A DNA stretch of 64,000 nucleotides from an uncultured Candidatus Micrarchaeota archaeon (lineage in GTDB: Archaea; Micrarchaeota; Micrarchaeia; Norongarragalinales; CAINOH01). Location: NCBI GenBank assembly GCA_903851445.1, contig CAINOH010000009.1, positions 23,908 through 87,907 on the forward strand. The letters run 5' to 3'. Shown piece by piece: positions 35,380 to 46,558 of this stretch. The notes below the pieces were generated by a model that saw only the letters and a program-made list of their open reading frames with translations, was not told the DNA's origin and ran no database searches. The number at the start of each line of letters is the position of its first letter. The first letter of the stretch is position 1. The translations under genes and the position numbers were made by a program.

Positions 35380-36780
35380 GAAATGGAGTGAAACTCCTTT
35401 TTCGAACAATCAGTTAAGCAAATACAATCTTTAATAGCCGTTGCTCGAACTTGACTGTGACATGCAACCGAGATATGGTTTTTGCTCGGAAAGGTGAATC
35501 ACCCCGACTTGGTGTAAACCGAAGTCGCGGCTTCTTCCTTCAATGACGAGCCTGTTGGTTCATCTCCGGAAGCGTTTCTTCCCGCCATTCCAGCGGTAGC
35601 TCTTGTGAGTATATTTATAGCAGCGTTCACATCCCTATCCAAGACTAGGCCGCAGTGCGGACAATCGTGCGTCCGCACAGTCAAGTCTTTCTTGACTACC
35701 TCGTGACAACTGCTACATTCTTGTGTAGTATTCTTCGCATCAACGAACACGACCTTGCAACCAGCACCCGCCGCCTTGTATGCTATCATGTTCGAGAACG
35801 TTCCCCAACCAACATCATTGATTTGCTTGCCGTAATTCTGTTCAGCCATCCGCCGAACCGCAAGCCGTTCTAGGCCAATTAAGGAATACGAATTTACGAG
35901 CGACGTGGTTGTCTTGTGCAGGAAGTCACTACGAGCGTTGGCTATCTTCTCGTGCACCAAAGCTACCTTGCGCTTAGTTTTAAGTCTGTTCCTGCTGCCA
36001 TTCTTCGCTCGCGATAATCTCCGCTCGCACTTCGCCAACTTGTCTCGATGTTTGTCAAAGTGGCGCGGATTTTTAATCTTCAAACCGTTCGACAACGTGG
36101 CGAACGTAGTCAAACCCAAATCAATCCCGACTTTTCCGCCGTTGTTCATCAACGGTTCTACGTCATCCTGTCCGGCAGTGAAAATCGCGAACCACTTGCC
36201 CGAAGCTTCTTTCTTCAGAGTCAGGGTTTTTACTTCGCCTTTGATTGGACGGTGTTGCCTGATACCCAACTCGCCAAAAGGCGTGACCCGCAACTTTTTG
36301 TCCGATAAAATTTTGAAACCAGACTGAGGGTAATGCAAACTCTTCATTCTATCAAAGGATTTGAATCTTGGAAAGCCTCCGTTTAAACCTGCTTTTTTAC
36401 GTCTAATCTTGACTCTCAATGCATTAGTAAGACGAATGAAAACATCCTGCGCTACCTGCGAGTGCAACCCAGAACCCTTGCTTATTTCCTGCAAAGTCTT
36501 TCGCGTTGGAAACTTTCCAAAATCATCATACAACTGTTTCGCCAACGCCAAGCCATAGTTCCACAAGTTCTTAGAAGCCCACAAGTGAGTCCGCAACAAC
36601 TCGTCCTGCTGCTTGGATGGATACAAACGAAACTTCCAAGATATCATAAGCTATACGCCTATAATACTGCAAAACCTTTTTGGTTTATACGCTATTCCAC
36701 ACTGCATTTCCGTTGATTCGTTTCCATCCCCACCAATGGTTCAGACGTGGACGTCTCAACGACCAGATTTATAATCCGAG
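35380..36780 (-). mobile_element. Solo-tnpB IS200/IS605-like element (no tnpA); approximate boundaries
   Basis: tnpB without an adjacent Y1 transposase. AT-richer flanks relative to the ~60% GC surroundings. Ends not mapped. Confidence 0.45.
35499..36647 (-). CDS. tnpB: IS200/IS605-family TnpB (OrfB) RNA-guided endonuclease-like protein
   Basis: N-terminus MISWKFRLYPSKQQDELLRTHLWASKNLWNYG is the classic OrfB_IS605 start. RuvC-like core. C-terminal zinc finger CSSCHEVVKKDLTVRTHDCPHCGLVLDRDVNAAINIL. Confidence 0.85.
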   Translation of the reverse strand: MISWKFRLYPSKQQDELLRTHLWASKNLWNYGLALAKQLYDDFGKFPTRKTLQEISKGSGLHSQVAQDVFIRLTNALRVKIRRKKAGLNGGFPRFKSFDRMKSLHYPQSGFKILSDKKLRVTPFGELGIRQHRPIKGEVKTLTLKKEASGKWFAIFTAGQDDVEPLMNNGGKVGIDLGLTTFATLSNGLKIKNPRHFDKHRDKLAKCERRLSRAKNGSRNRLKTKRKVALVHEKIANARSDFLHKTTTSLVNSYSLIGLERLAVRRMAEQNYGKQINDVGWGTFSNMIAYKAAGAGCKVVFVDAKNTTQECSSCHEVVKKDLTVRTHDCPHCGLVLDRDVNAAINILTRATAGMAGRNASGDEPTGSSLKEEAATSVYTKSG

Positions 36781-36835
36781 CGTGACAAATGCAATCGGAA
36801 GCCGAACGCCGCTTTCAGAGAAAAGGTGATTGCTT

Positions 36836-37186
36836 ATGCAGGCTACTGACCCGGACGTGCTCATCTCAACTACTTGCGAAGTCCCTGGCTTCAAGACCAA
36901 GAAATACGTAGGCGTGGTATGGGCATCAAGCGCGCGCACCCTTGACACTGCAAGCGAAATCGGCGCGATGATCCGCAGCATCGGAGGCGGCGACCTTCCC
37001 GCTTTCCGCAAGATGCTCAACGAAGCCAGGCATTCGGTTCTGCACGAGCTTGCCGCAACAGCCAAGGCCCGGGGCGCGAACGCGGTCGTAGGAATGAAGC
37101 TTGAAAGCTCAAGCATAGTCGGCGGAACGCTCGACGTCTATGCCTATGGGACTGCCGTAGTGGTGGAGAAGGAGACTAAGAAGTAG
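36836..37186 (+). CDS. YbjQ/UPF0145 (DUF74) family protein
   Basis: Alignable to E. coli YbjQ: ...GVVWASSARTLDTASEIGAMIRSIGGGDLPAFRKMLNEARHSVLHELAATAKARGANAVVGMKLESSSIVGGTLDVYAYGTAVVVE. Confidence 0.75.
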   Translation: MQATDPDVLISTTCEVPGFKTKKYVGVVWASSARTLDTASEIGAMIRSIGGGDLPAFRKMLNEARHSVLHELAATAKARGANAVVGMKLESSSIVGGTLDVYAYGTAVVVEKETKK

Positions 37187-37229
37187 ACTATTGGAAAAAT
37201 ACAGAAAAAGATTGAGAAAAAAGGAACTA

Positions 37230-37433
37230 CGCTGCCTTGAAGGCAGTCCTCTTTGCCGGGGTTCCCCAGCAGGTCTTGCAGATTATGTGGCGCTCGCCCT
37301 TTACGCGCCTGCGGGAGAGTTTGCTTGACTTTTCGCAGGCGTGGCAGACCTTGCGCTTGCACTGGCCGCACTGCTCGAGAAGGTGCGCCTCGCGGCCGCA
37401 CTTTTCGCACTTTTTGGAAGAAACTGGCTTGAC
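37230..37433 (-). CDS. Candidate small zinc-ribbon protein (4 CxxC pairs) with no canonical start codon
   Basis: Own minus-strand translation: (V)KPVSSKKCEKCGREAHLLEQCGQCKRKVCHACEKSSKLSRRRVKGERHIICKTCWGTPAKRTAFKAA*. Eight Cys in four CxxC pairs. No in-frame ATG/GTG/TTG after the upstream TGA. Confidence 0.3.
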
Positions 37434-37574
37434 TATACAAATACACCCTTGTAAGATACAATATTCATTGACGGCTTGAAGCCTTCAAAATGAGTATATT
37501 GTCTTTTGCGAAGAAAATTAATAAAGTTGCTTAAGAGTGAAGGATTGCCCCGAAAAGGCGGTTGTTTGCTCAAA

Positions 37575-38939
37575 ATGACAAAAAAGGCAGATGAAGGCAT
37601 TATGAAGGCAAAGCCCATTGCGGCCAAAAAGGCGAAAGAACCCGTTTCCGCCGCCCAAAAGGTCTTCTTTCTCACCTACGGATGCACGTTCAACGCCGCG
37701 GATACCGATGCTTTGAAGGAAGCGGCAAAAAAGGAATTCGGACTGGCAGGAAAGGAATCGGATGCCGACGTAATAGTGATGAACACCTGCTCGGTCAAGG
37801 ACTCGACGCAGGAAAAGATATTGTTCAAGGCAAGAAGGCTCGGCTCGCAGGGAAAGAAGCTGGTGATTACGGGCTGCCTTGCGCAAGTGTCGCCCGAAAT
37901 AATTGAAAATGCAGTGCCAAGGGCGAGCATTGTCGGCGTTTGGTCGAATGCCAAAATAGTTGATGCGATTGAAATTGCGTTGGCAGGAAAGAAAATAATC
38001 CAGACCAGAAAAACCTTGGTCCTTCCATTCAACGTCGCAGTTGACAGAATCTTTGCGCGCGCGCAGATAAGCCGCGGGTGCCTCGGCAACTGCACATACT
38101 GCTCGACAAAACTCGCCCGCGGCCGCCTTGAGAGCTTCCAGCAGGACGAAATCGTGGCTGCTGTAGGGTCGGCAGTTGCACGCGGCGCGAAGGAAATCCA
38201 GCTTACCAGCCAGGACACGGCCTGCTATGGGTTTGACTTCGAAGGCAACGGGAACGGCCAGCGCGAAAATCTCGCCACGCTTGTTGAAAGAATCTGCGCC
38301 ATTCCCGGGCGCTTCCGGGTGCGAATCGGGATGGGAAAACCCGAGCATTTCTGGAAGATACGGAAGGAGCTTGCAAGAGTGATTTGCTCAACGGACAAGG
38401 TTTACCGCTTCCTGCACATACCCGTGCAAAGCGGGAGTGACGCAGTCCTTATGGCGATGGGCCGCAGGTATGCTGCAAAGGACTATGCGGAGCTTGTGCA
38501 GTTTTTCCACGAAGAAATCCCGGACCTTACAGTTGAAACGGACGTCATCGTGGGCTTTCCTACTGAGACGCAGAAGGACTTCGAGGCCACGCTCGACCTG
38601 GTTGAAAGGACAAGGCCGCAGATTACCAACATATCGAAATACAGCGCAAGGCCGAAGACCGTTGCCGCGGGAATGAAGCAGGTTGACAGGAAGACAATCA
38701 ACGCACGCAGCACGAAGATGAACGCGCTGTGCAGGAAAATCGCGCTGGAAGAGAATGGGAAGATGGCTGGAAAAAAATACGATGTTCTGGTCACCGAAAA
38801 GGCGAAGGGCTTCTTTTCAGCGAGGACGCCGAACTACAAGACGGTGCTCCTGCAAGGCGGCGCCATTGGCTCATTTATTACGGCAAGGACTACCGGTTAC
38901 GGCCAATGCTACCTGAAAGGAAGGGTTGCGGAAAAATGA
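37575..38939 (+). CDS. mtaB: Radical-SAM methylthiotransferase (MiaB/MtaB family, archaeal e-MtaB-like)
   Basis: N-terminal MTTase domain (FFLTYGCTFNAADTDAL), radical-SAM CLGNCTYCSTKLARG (CxxxCxxC), C-terminal TRAM-like region. Start could be 37506, 37575 or 37599. Confidence 0.8.
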   Translation: MTKKADEGIMKAKPIAAKKAKEPVSAAQKVFFLTYGCTFNAADTDALKEAAKKEFGLAGKESDADVIVMNTCSVKDSTQEKILFKARRLGSQGKKLVITGCLAQVSPEIIENAVPRASIVGVWSNAKIVDAIEIALAGKKIIQTRKTLVLPFNVAVDRIFARAQISRGCLGNCTYCSTKLARGRLESFQQDEIVAAVGSAVARGAKEIQLTSQDTACYGFDFEGNGNGQRENLATLVERICAIPGRFRVRIGMGKPEHFWKIRKELARVICSTDKVYRFLHIPVQSGSDAVLMAMGRRYAAKDYAELVQFFHEEIPDLTVETDVIVGFPTETQKDFEATLDLVERTRPQITNISKYSARPKTVAAGMKQVDRKTINARSTKMNALCRKIALEENGKMAGKKYDVLVTEKAKGFFSARTPNYKTVLLQGGAIGSFITARTTGYGQCYLKGRVAEK

Positions 38940-39025
38940 GCGGGCGGGGCAGGCAGGCGGAAACGCCAAAACCCATTGGTTTTAAATCCGCAAAGCAAGA
39001 AGACTTTATCTAAATTCAAGGGCGA

Positions 39026-39775
39026 ATGGGAATGAAGAGGATTGGGGATATTTTCAACAAGACGTTCGAGGCCTACGGCAAGAACATAAAGACGATTTCA
39101 TTCTTCTCGATACCCTTCCTGATATCCTTCCCGGTCGCTCTTTTCATCTCAAACTACGCCTCGCTCGGCTCCATTTTCCTGCGCTTGGACAGCATCAAGT
39201 GGGACATGACGCCCCTTGACATGGGAATAATCATCATCCTTCCGATAATCTCAATGCTCCTATTTTCCTTTGCGCTTGTAGTAATCAACATGATTATCAC
39301 AAGCCAGCGCTCGATGAACAAGATTGCGTTCTACGAGATGGAGAAGGTTGAGCAGAGGACGTACCACCTGTTCGAGATTTTCCTAGCGGCGTTCGCGATA
39401 ACGTTCATAGCAGAAGTGCTCCTCTACCAGTACGGCCTGCACCCGACCATCGGCGCGCTTGTTGCTGCGCTTGTGGCGCTCGCCATACTCTTCGTCCCGC
39501 AGTCAATAGTCATCGACGGCTTCAGCGGCTGGACCGCAGTCAAAAAGAGCATTTCGACTGTGACTCACAGGTTTTCCTACGTGCTCCTGTTCCTCGTGTT
39601 GTCGGCTGTTCTCATCCTTGTCAATGACCTCATATTCCTCAACATCTCGCAGGACCCGGCAATATTCGCATACGGCCGCTACGCCGCGATAGTCATAAAC
39701 GCGCTTGTCATCCTGCCTTTCCTTGAGGTGTTCAAGGTGCAAGTCTACCTCAGCAAGTACACGATACTCGACTGA
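39026..39775 (+). CDS. Polytopic membrane protein, unknown function
   Basis: Six to seven hydrophobic helices; no recognisable motif. Confidence 0.4.
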   Translation: MGMKRIGDIFNKTFEAYGKNIKTISFFSIPFLISFPVALFISNYASLGSIFLRLDSIKWDMTPLDMGIIIILPIISMLLFSFALVVINMIITSQRSMNKIAFYEMEKVEQRTYHLFEIFLAAFAITFIAEVLLYQYGLHPTIGALVAALVALAILFVPQSIVIDGFSGWTAVKKSISTVTHRFSYVLLFLVLSAVLILVNDLIFLNISQDPAIFAYGRYAAIVINALVILPFLEVFKVQVYLSKYTILD

Positions 39776-39895
39776 GCCTCGCTTGCCTTTTCGCCCTTGT
39801 TATGCCCAGGCTTAGCTTTGCGAAAGCAATAAAACCCGCCAACCCAATTAGGATTAGCCCGCCAAAAGCAAGAAATGCAGTTTGGAAGCCTTACT

Positions 39896-42163
39896 ATGGA
39901 AACTGTAATGATTATCACCGAAAAGCCGCGCGTAGCTGAAAAGATGGCAGCTGCGCTTGCGGAAGGCCCGGTCAAGCAATCGGCAGGCGCGGGCGTCAGG
40001 TCGTACGAGCTTGCCCGCGGCGGAAAGAGGATACTCATCGCACCAGCTGTTGGCCATGTATACTCGCTCAAACAGAAGGAGGCCGGCGGACGCTACCCGG
40101 TTTTTGACATCGAGTGGGTCCCAGCCTACGAATCAAACGAGTCAGCGGCGTTCACAAAAAAATACCTAGAATCGATCAAGAAGCTTGCAAAGAACGCGGA
40201 CACGGTTGTGAACGCGTGCGACTGGGACATCGAGGGAAGCCTCATCGGAGGCAATATCATCCGCTATGCGGTGAAGAAGCCGGCAAAACGGATGCTCTTT
40301 TCAACGCTTACAAAGGAGGACCTGGTTGACGCGTACTCGGACCTGAAGCCTCTTGACACACCCCAAATAGACGCGGGCGAGGCGCGACACTACCTTGACT
40401 GGTACTGGGGCATCAACACGTCGCGCGCGCTCATGTCGGCCATAAAGAAGGCTGGGATTTTCCGCATCATGAGCATAGGACGGGTCCAGGGTCCGGCGCT
40501 TGCAATACTCTCACAGCGCGAGCTTGAGATACAAAAGTTCGTGCCAGAACCATACTGGACAATCGCAGCAGTGCTCAAGGGCGTGGAGTTTTCCTGCGAC
40601 GAAGGCAACATTTTCGACGAGAAGAAAGCAAAGGAGATTGCCGACAAGGTCACAAGGGCGGCAAAGGACAAGGCGCTTGTCGAAAATGTCGAGGAGAAAG
40701 AGTTTGCCCAGAACCCGCCGTTCCCATTTGACCTGACCTCGATGGAAATCGAGGCTTACCGCACGTTCGGCTTCAAGCCGTCGATGACGCTTTCGCTTGC
40801 GCAGGACCTGTACGAGGCGGCTCTCATCAGCTACCCGCGCACGTCCTCGCAAAAGTTGCCTGCAAAGCTGAACCTGAAGAAAATCATTTCAGACATCGGA
40901 AAGAACCCCGCTTACTCCGGATTGTCCGGCAAGCTCCTTGGAAAGAACAAGATCGTCCCCCGCGAGGGCGAAAAGGAGGACGCTGCGCACCCGGCAATCC
41001 ACCCGACCGGAATGATCCCGAGCGGCCTGAACCCGCACCAGGCAAAGCTTTACGACCTTATAGTGCACAGGTTCCTTTCGTGTTTTGCAGACCCTGCAAA
41101 GAGGGCACGCATGAACGTTGCAGCAAAAATCGGCGACGTCGGCTTCTCCGCAGGCGGCTCGCGGACAGTCGAAAAGGGCTGGTTCGAGTTCTATGAAAAA
41201 TACGTTGACCTGGAGGAAGAGGTCCTTCCCAAGTTCGAGGTCGGCGAGCGCGTTCCTGTTGACAGGCACGAGCTTCTAAAGAAGATGACCAAGCCTCCAA
41301 AGCGATACACCGAGGCGTCGCTTGTAAAGAAGCTCGAGGACGAGGACCTTGGGACGAAGGCAACCCGCTCGGAAATAATTGAGACGCTTTTCCGGCGGGG
41401 TTACGTTTCAGGAAAGAGCATCGAGGTTTCCGCGCTCGGGCTTTCGGTGTACGAGGCGCTTATGCACCACGTTGACGAGATTTTGAGCGAGCAGCTCACC
41501 CGCGACTTCGAGAAGGAGATGGAGGACATCCAGTCCGGCAAAATCACCAAGGAAAAGGTGATTGCCGAGGGAAAGGCCGCGCTTGAGAAAATCCTTGAAA
41601 AGTTCCGCACCAAGGAAGAGAGCATCGGAAAGGAACTGGTTGACGCTTTGAAGCAGACGCAGAGGGAAGAGAGCGTGCTCGGGCCGTGCCCTGTTTGCGC
41701 AAAGGAAGGAAGACAAGGCCAGCTCCAAATCAGGAAATCCCGCTTCGGCCTCTTTGTCGGCTGCGGCGCGTACCCTGTCTGCAGGAACCTGTACCCCCTT
41801 CCGAAGATGGCGCTCATCAAGAACACGCAGAAGATTTGCCCCGAGTGCGGCACGCCAATAGTCACAGTTATCCGCAAGGGCAAGCGGCCGTTCAGCATGT
41901 GCATCGACACCAAGTGCAAGACCAAGGAATCTTGGGAAAAGAAGAGCTACAACGTCAACAACTCGGACGGCACGGTTACGGAAGCGAAGAACAAAATCGT
42001 TGCACAGCCGGATGCGACTACCGGCGCGCAGGAAGCTTCAGGGAAAAAGCCAGAAGCGGTTGCGAAAGAAACACCGACAACGAAAAGTATGCAACCAAAG
42101 GCAACAAAGAGGCCCGCAGCCAAGAAACCCACTGCAAAAACACCAAAGCCGAAAGCGAAATAG
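39896..42163 (+). CDS. topA: DNA topoisomerase IA (TopA/Topo III-like) with C-terminal zinc ribbons and a Lys-rich tail
   Basis: TOPRIM N-terminus MIITEKPRVAEKMAAAL...RILIAPAVGHVYSL; the topo IA catalytic-tyrosine region is not located in the sequence. Two C4 zinc ribbons (CPVCAKEG...CGAYPVC, CPECGTP...CIDTKC). Tail ...KRPAAKKPTAKTPKPKAK. The ORF could start at 39875. Confidence 0.88.
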   Translation: METVMIITEKPRVAEKMAAALAEGPVKQSAGAGVRSYELARGGKRILIAPAVGHVYSLKQKEAGGRYPVFDIEWVPAYESNESAAFTKKYLESIKKLAKNADTVVNACDWDIEGSLIGGNIIRYAVKKPAKRMLFSTLTKEDLVDAYSDLKPLDTPQIDAGEARHYLDWYWGINTSRALMSAIKKAGIFRIMSIGRVQGPALAILSQRELEIQKFVPEPYWTIAAVLKGVEFSCDEGNIFDEKKAKEIADKVTRAAKDKALVENVEEKEFAQNPPFPFDLTSMEIEAYRTFGFKPSMTLSLAQDLYEAALISYPRTSSQKLPAKLNLKKIISDIGKNPAYSGLSGKLLGKNKIVPREGEKEDAAHPAIHPTGMIPSGLNPHQAKLYDLIVHRFLSCFADPAKRARMNVAAKIGDVGFSAGGSRTVEKGWFEFYEKYVDLEEEVLPKFEVGERVPVDRHELLKKMTKPPKRYTEASLVKKLEDEDLGTKATRSEIIETLFRRGYVSGKSIEVSALGLSVYEALMHHVDEILSEQLTRDFEKEMEDIQSGKITKEKVIAEGKAALEKILEKFRTKEESIGKELVDALKQTQREESVLGPCPVCAKEGRQGQLQIRKSRFGLFVGCGAYPVCRNLYPLPKMALIKNTQKICPECGTPIVTVIRKGKRPFSMCIDTKCKTKESWEKKSYNVNNSDGTVTEAKNKIVAQPDATTGAQEASGKKPEAVAKETPTTKSMQPKATKRPAAKKPTAKTPKPKAK

Positions 42164-42196
42164 GCGCACAGCCAAATCGAGGAGGCAAGCAGGACA

Positions 42197-42845
42197 GATG
42201 CCGAAGACAACCATTTACCTTATCCGGCACGCCGAGACCGTTGGCAACGCCGAGGGAATCATACAGGGCCAGACTATGGGCGGCAAGCTCTCAAAGCACG
42301 GCATCCGCCAAGCAGAGGCGTTGGGAAAGTGGGCCGGGCAAAACAAAATCGACGCAGTATACGCAAGCCCGCTCTCTCGCGCCATCGAGACTGCAAAAAT
42401 CGCGTTCCCGGATGCCGAGCCAAAGCAGGTGGACGGGCTGATGGAGCAGGATGCAGGCGAGCTGTCGGCAAAGACAGCAGGCGAGGCATTCAAGATATTC
42501 CACAAGATGAACCTGTCCAAGGCGCGCGAGCCCGAACGCACAATCGACTACTACCTCCTGCGCTACGGCCACGAGATTGGCGGCGAGCGCGACGTAGAGG
42601 AGCGCGGGATGAAAGCCCTTGAAAAGATTGCAAAGGAGAACGCAGGAACGCCGGTCGCGGTTGTCTCGCACGGCAACCTCATCAAGTGCGTGCTGTGCGG
42701 AATCCTCGGGACGCCCCCAACGTACGAAAACTTCCGCAACATGGTGCAGGAAAACTGCTGCATAAACACCATCGAGTTCAATACCGAAGGCCCAAGCATA
42801 GTGGCTATAAACGATACCAGCCACCTTGATTCTGTTGCAAAATGA
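42197..42845 (+). CDS. Histidine phosphatase superfamily (phosphoglycerate-mutase-like) protein
   Basis: MPKTTIYLIRHAETVGN... (RHG/E catalytic motif) and downstream His. The stop overlaps the next start. Confidence 0.75.
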
Positions 42846-43669
42846 AAATCGCACTTGACGCCTCAAAGACCGCCCAGCAGAACGCCGCAGAATACTACTC
42901 GAAGGCAAGCAAGCTGCGCGCAAAGGCCGATGGCGCGAAGAAGGCGCTTGAGGATACGCGCAGGCTCATCGCAAGGGAGGAAAAGCGCGAGCAGTACAGG
43001 AAGCCCGAAGACGATGCGGCAACTTCCAAGAAAAAGTTCAGGCTCAAGCGCGAGCTCGAGTGGTACGAGAAATACCGCTGGTTCTACACAAGCTCCGGCC
43101 TCCTTGTTGTTGCAGGACGCGACGCGGGCCAGAACGAGCACGTGTTCACAAGGCACGCGGAAAAGGGCGACCTGTACTTTCACGCCGACGTGCACGGCGC
43201 GCCAACCACCATACTCAAGGAAGGAAACACCGACAAGGCGACCGGGCAGGACAAGCTGGAAGCCGCGCAGTTTGCAGTCAGCTATTCCTCGTCGTGGAAG
43301 AACGGCTTTGGCAGCGCGGACGCGTATTGCGCGCCAGTTGAGAACGTCTCTCGCCACGCAAAAGCCGGGGAGTACGTGGCAAAGGGAGGGTTCATCATAA
43401 CGGGAAAACGCGAGTATTACCGCGGGACAGCGCTTGGCCTGCGTATCGGCCTTGACGAGAAGGAGCGGGTCGCGGCCGTTCCCGCAGTATCGACGCGGGT
43501 TCTCAAGAACGCCGTTTCCATCCTCCCTGCCGGCACAAAGGAAAAGGGCGCGGTTGCAAAGGAAATAATGGCGCGGCTTGGCACCGAAAACCTTGACGAC
43601 CTGCTTTTGGTGATTCCTGCTGGCAAGTCGGAAGTCGAGCGCGCCGCAAGGCCTGTTGGAAAGGCGTAA
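42842..43669 (+). CDS. NFACT-R (DUF814) domain protein: short Rqc2/NEMF/FbpA-like C-terminal module lacking the NFACT-N domain
   Basis: Coiled-coil N-terminal part, then RWFYTSSGLLVVAGRDAGQNEHVFTRHAEKGDLYFHADVHGAPTTIL, which matches the DUF814/NFACT-R core. Only 275 aa, against ~600+ for full archaeal NEMF homologs. Confidence 0.6.
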   Translation: MKIALDASKTAQQNAAEYYSKASKLRAKADGAKKALEDTRRLIAREEKREQYRKPEDDAATSKKKFRLKRELEWYEKYRWFYTSSGLLVVAGRDAGQNEHVFTRHAEKGDLYFHADVHGAPTTILKEGNTDKATGQDKLEAAQFAVSYSSSWKNGFGSADAYCAPVENVSRHAKAGEYVAKGGFIITGKREYYRGTALGLRIGLDEKERVAAVPAVSTRVLKNAVSILPAGTKEKGAVAKEIMARLGTENLDDLLLVIPAGKSEVERAARPVGKA

Positions 43670-43771
43670 AGGCCATTGGAGCTTTTGGGCGAACCGATTA
43701 TTCAATTATTTAAACAGAATCTACACTACATACTCTCAAGGCAAAAACCGATTTCCCTAATTACCAGATGA

Positions 43772-45916
<2,145 letters not shown>

Positions 45917-45951
45917 ATTCTTGCACAAAACCAAAAGGGAAGTGACTAAGG

Positions 45952-46407
45952 ATGAACATCAAGTTATTTGCACAGTGCACGTTGGCGCTACTTACGGCGT
46001 CGTTCCTAGGCTACGCGTTCAGCTACATCGGCGTTGCGGGAACGGTAATCGACTCGTTCTGGAAGCTGGTCGCGTTCGACCTGGGTGCGTCAATGATTTT
46101 TGCTTTTGCCTGGCCGCACGTGCGCGGAGTGAGAAAGGGCGACGCCCTTGCAACGGACTTGTCAATGGGCAACCTGCGCATGCCGGGGTTGAACGTGATG
46201 GTCGGGACTTTCGGCATCGGAAACGCATTCGCAGCTGCAAACGGCAGGATTGGCCAGAAGATACGCATACACTTGGCGGACGGCAGGCGCGGAGAGGCTA
46301 AGATAGTGGAATACGCCGGGACTTTCTCGCCTGCGCGCGTGCAAATCCTTGAGATGGAAAAGCCTGCGCCCCAGCACATCGTCGAGAACGGCGAGCGGCT
46401 GCTCTGA
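45952..46407 (+). CDS. Membrane-anchored protein, unknown function
   Basis: Two N-terminal TM helices then a ~80 aa beta-rich tail (possible OB/NfeD-like). Weak. Confidence 0.4.
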   Translation: MNIKLFAQCTLALLTASFLGYAFSYIGVAGTVIDSFWKLVAFDLGASMIFAFAWPHVRGVRKGDALATDLSMGNLRMPGLNVMVGTFGIGNAFAAANGRIGQKIRIHLADGRRGEAKIVEYAGTFSPARVQILEMEKPAPQHIVENGERLL

Positions 46408-46558
46408 TTCTCTGCACGCACAGCACCAAAGGCCCGACAGAACCGGCCAGGGCAATCTCTGGTTTTTTTTCTTCAAATATCCCCCATTGCGAGTTGCTTA
46501 AAAAAGCCGGTTGTTTAACCAATAGGAACCACGCCGCAAGGCCGGTTTCAGTGTTATT

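Noticed and set aside
37144-37479. Track ORFs 37144..37461 (minus) and 37237..37479 (plus)
   Set aside because: Neither has coding-like composition. The same DNA in another minus frame encodes a far more convincing 4xCxxC zinc-ribbon peptide, reported separately.
37518-38348. 276-aa minus-strand ORF
   Set aside because: Antisense to the radical-SAM methylthiotransferase, whose CxxxCxxC motif is on the plus strand.
42291-43705. 210- and 280-aa minus-strand ORFs
   Set aside because: Antisense to the histidine phosphatase and NFACT-R genes, with Arg/Ala/Cys-rich low-information composition.
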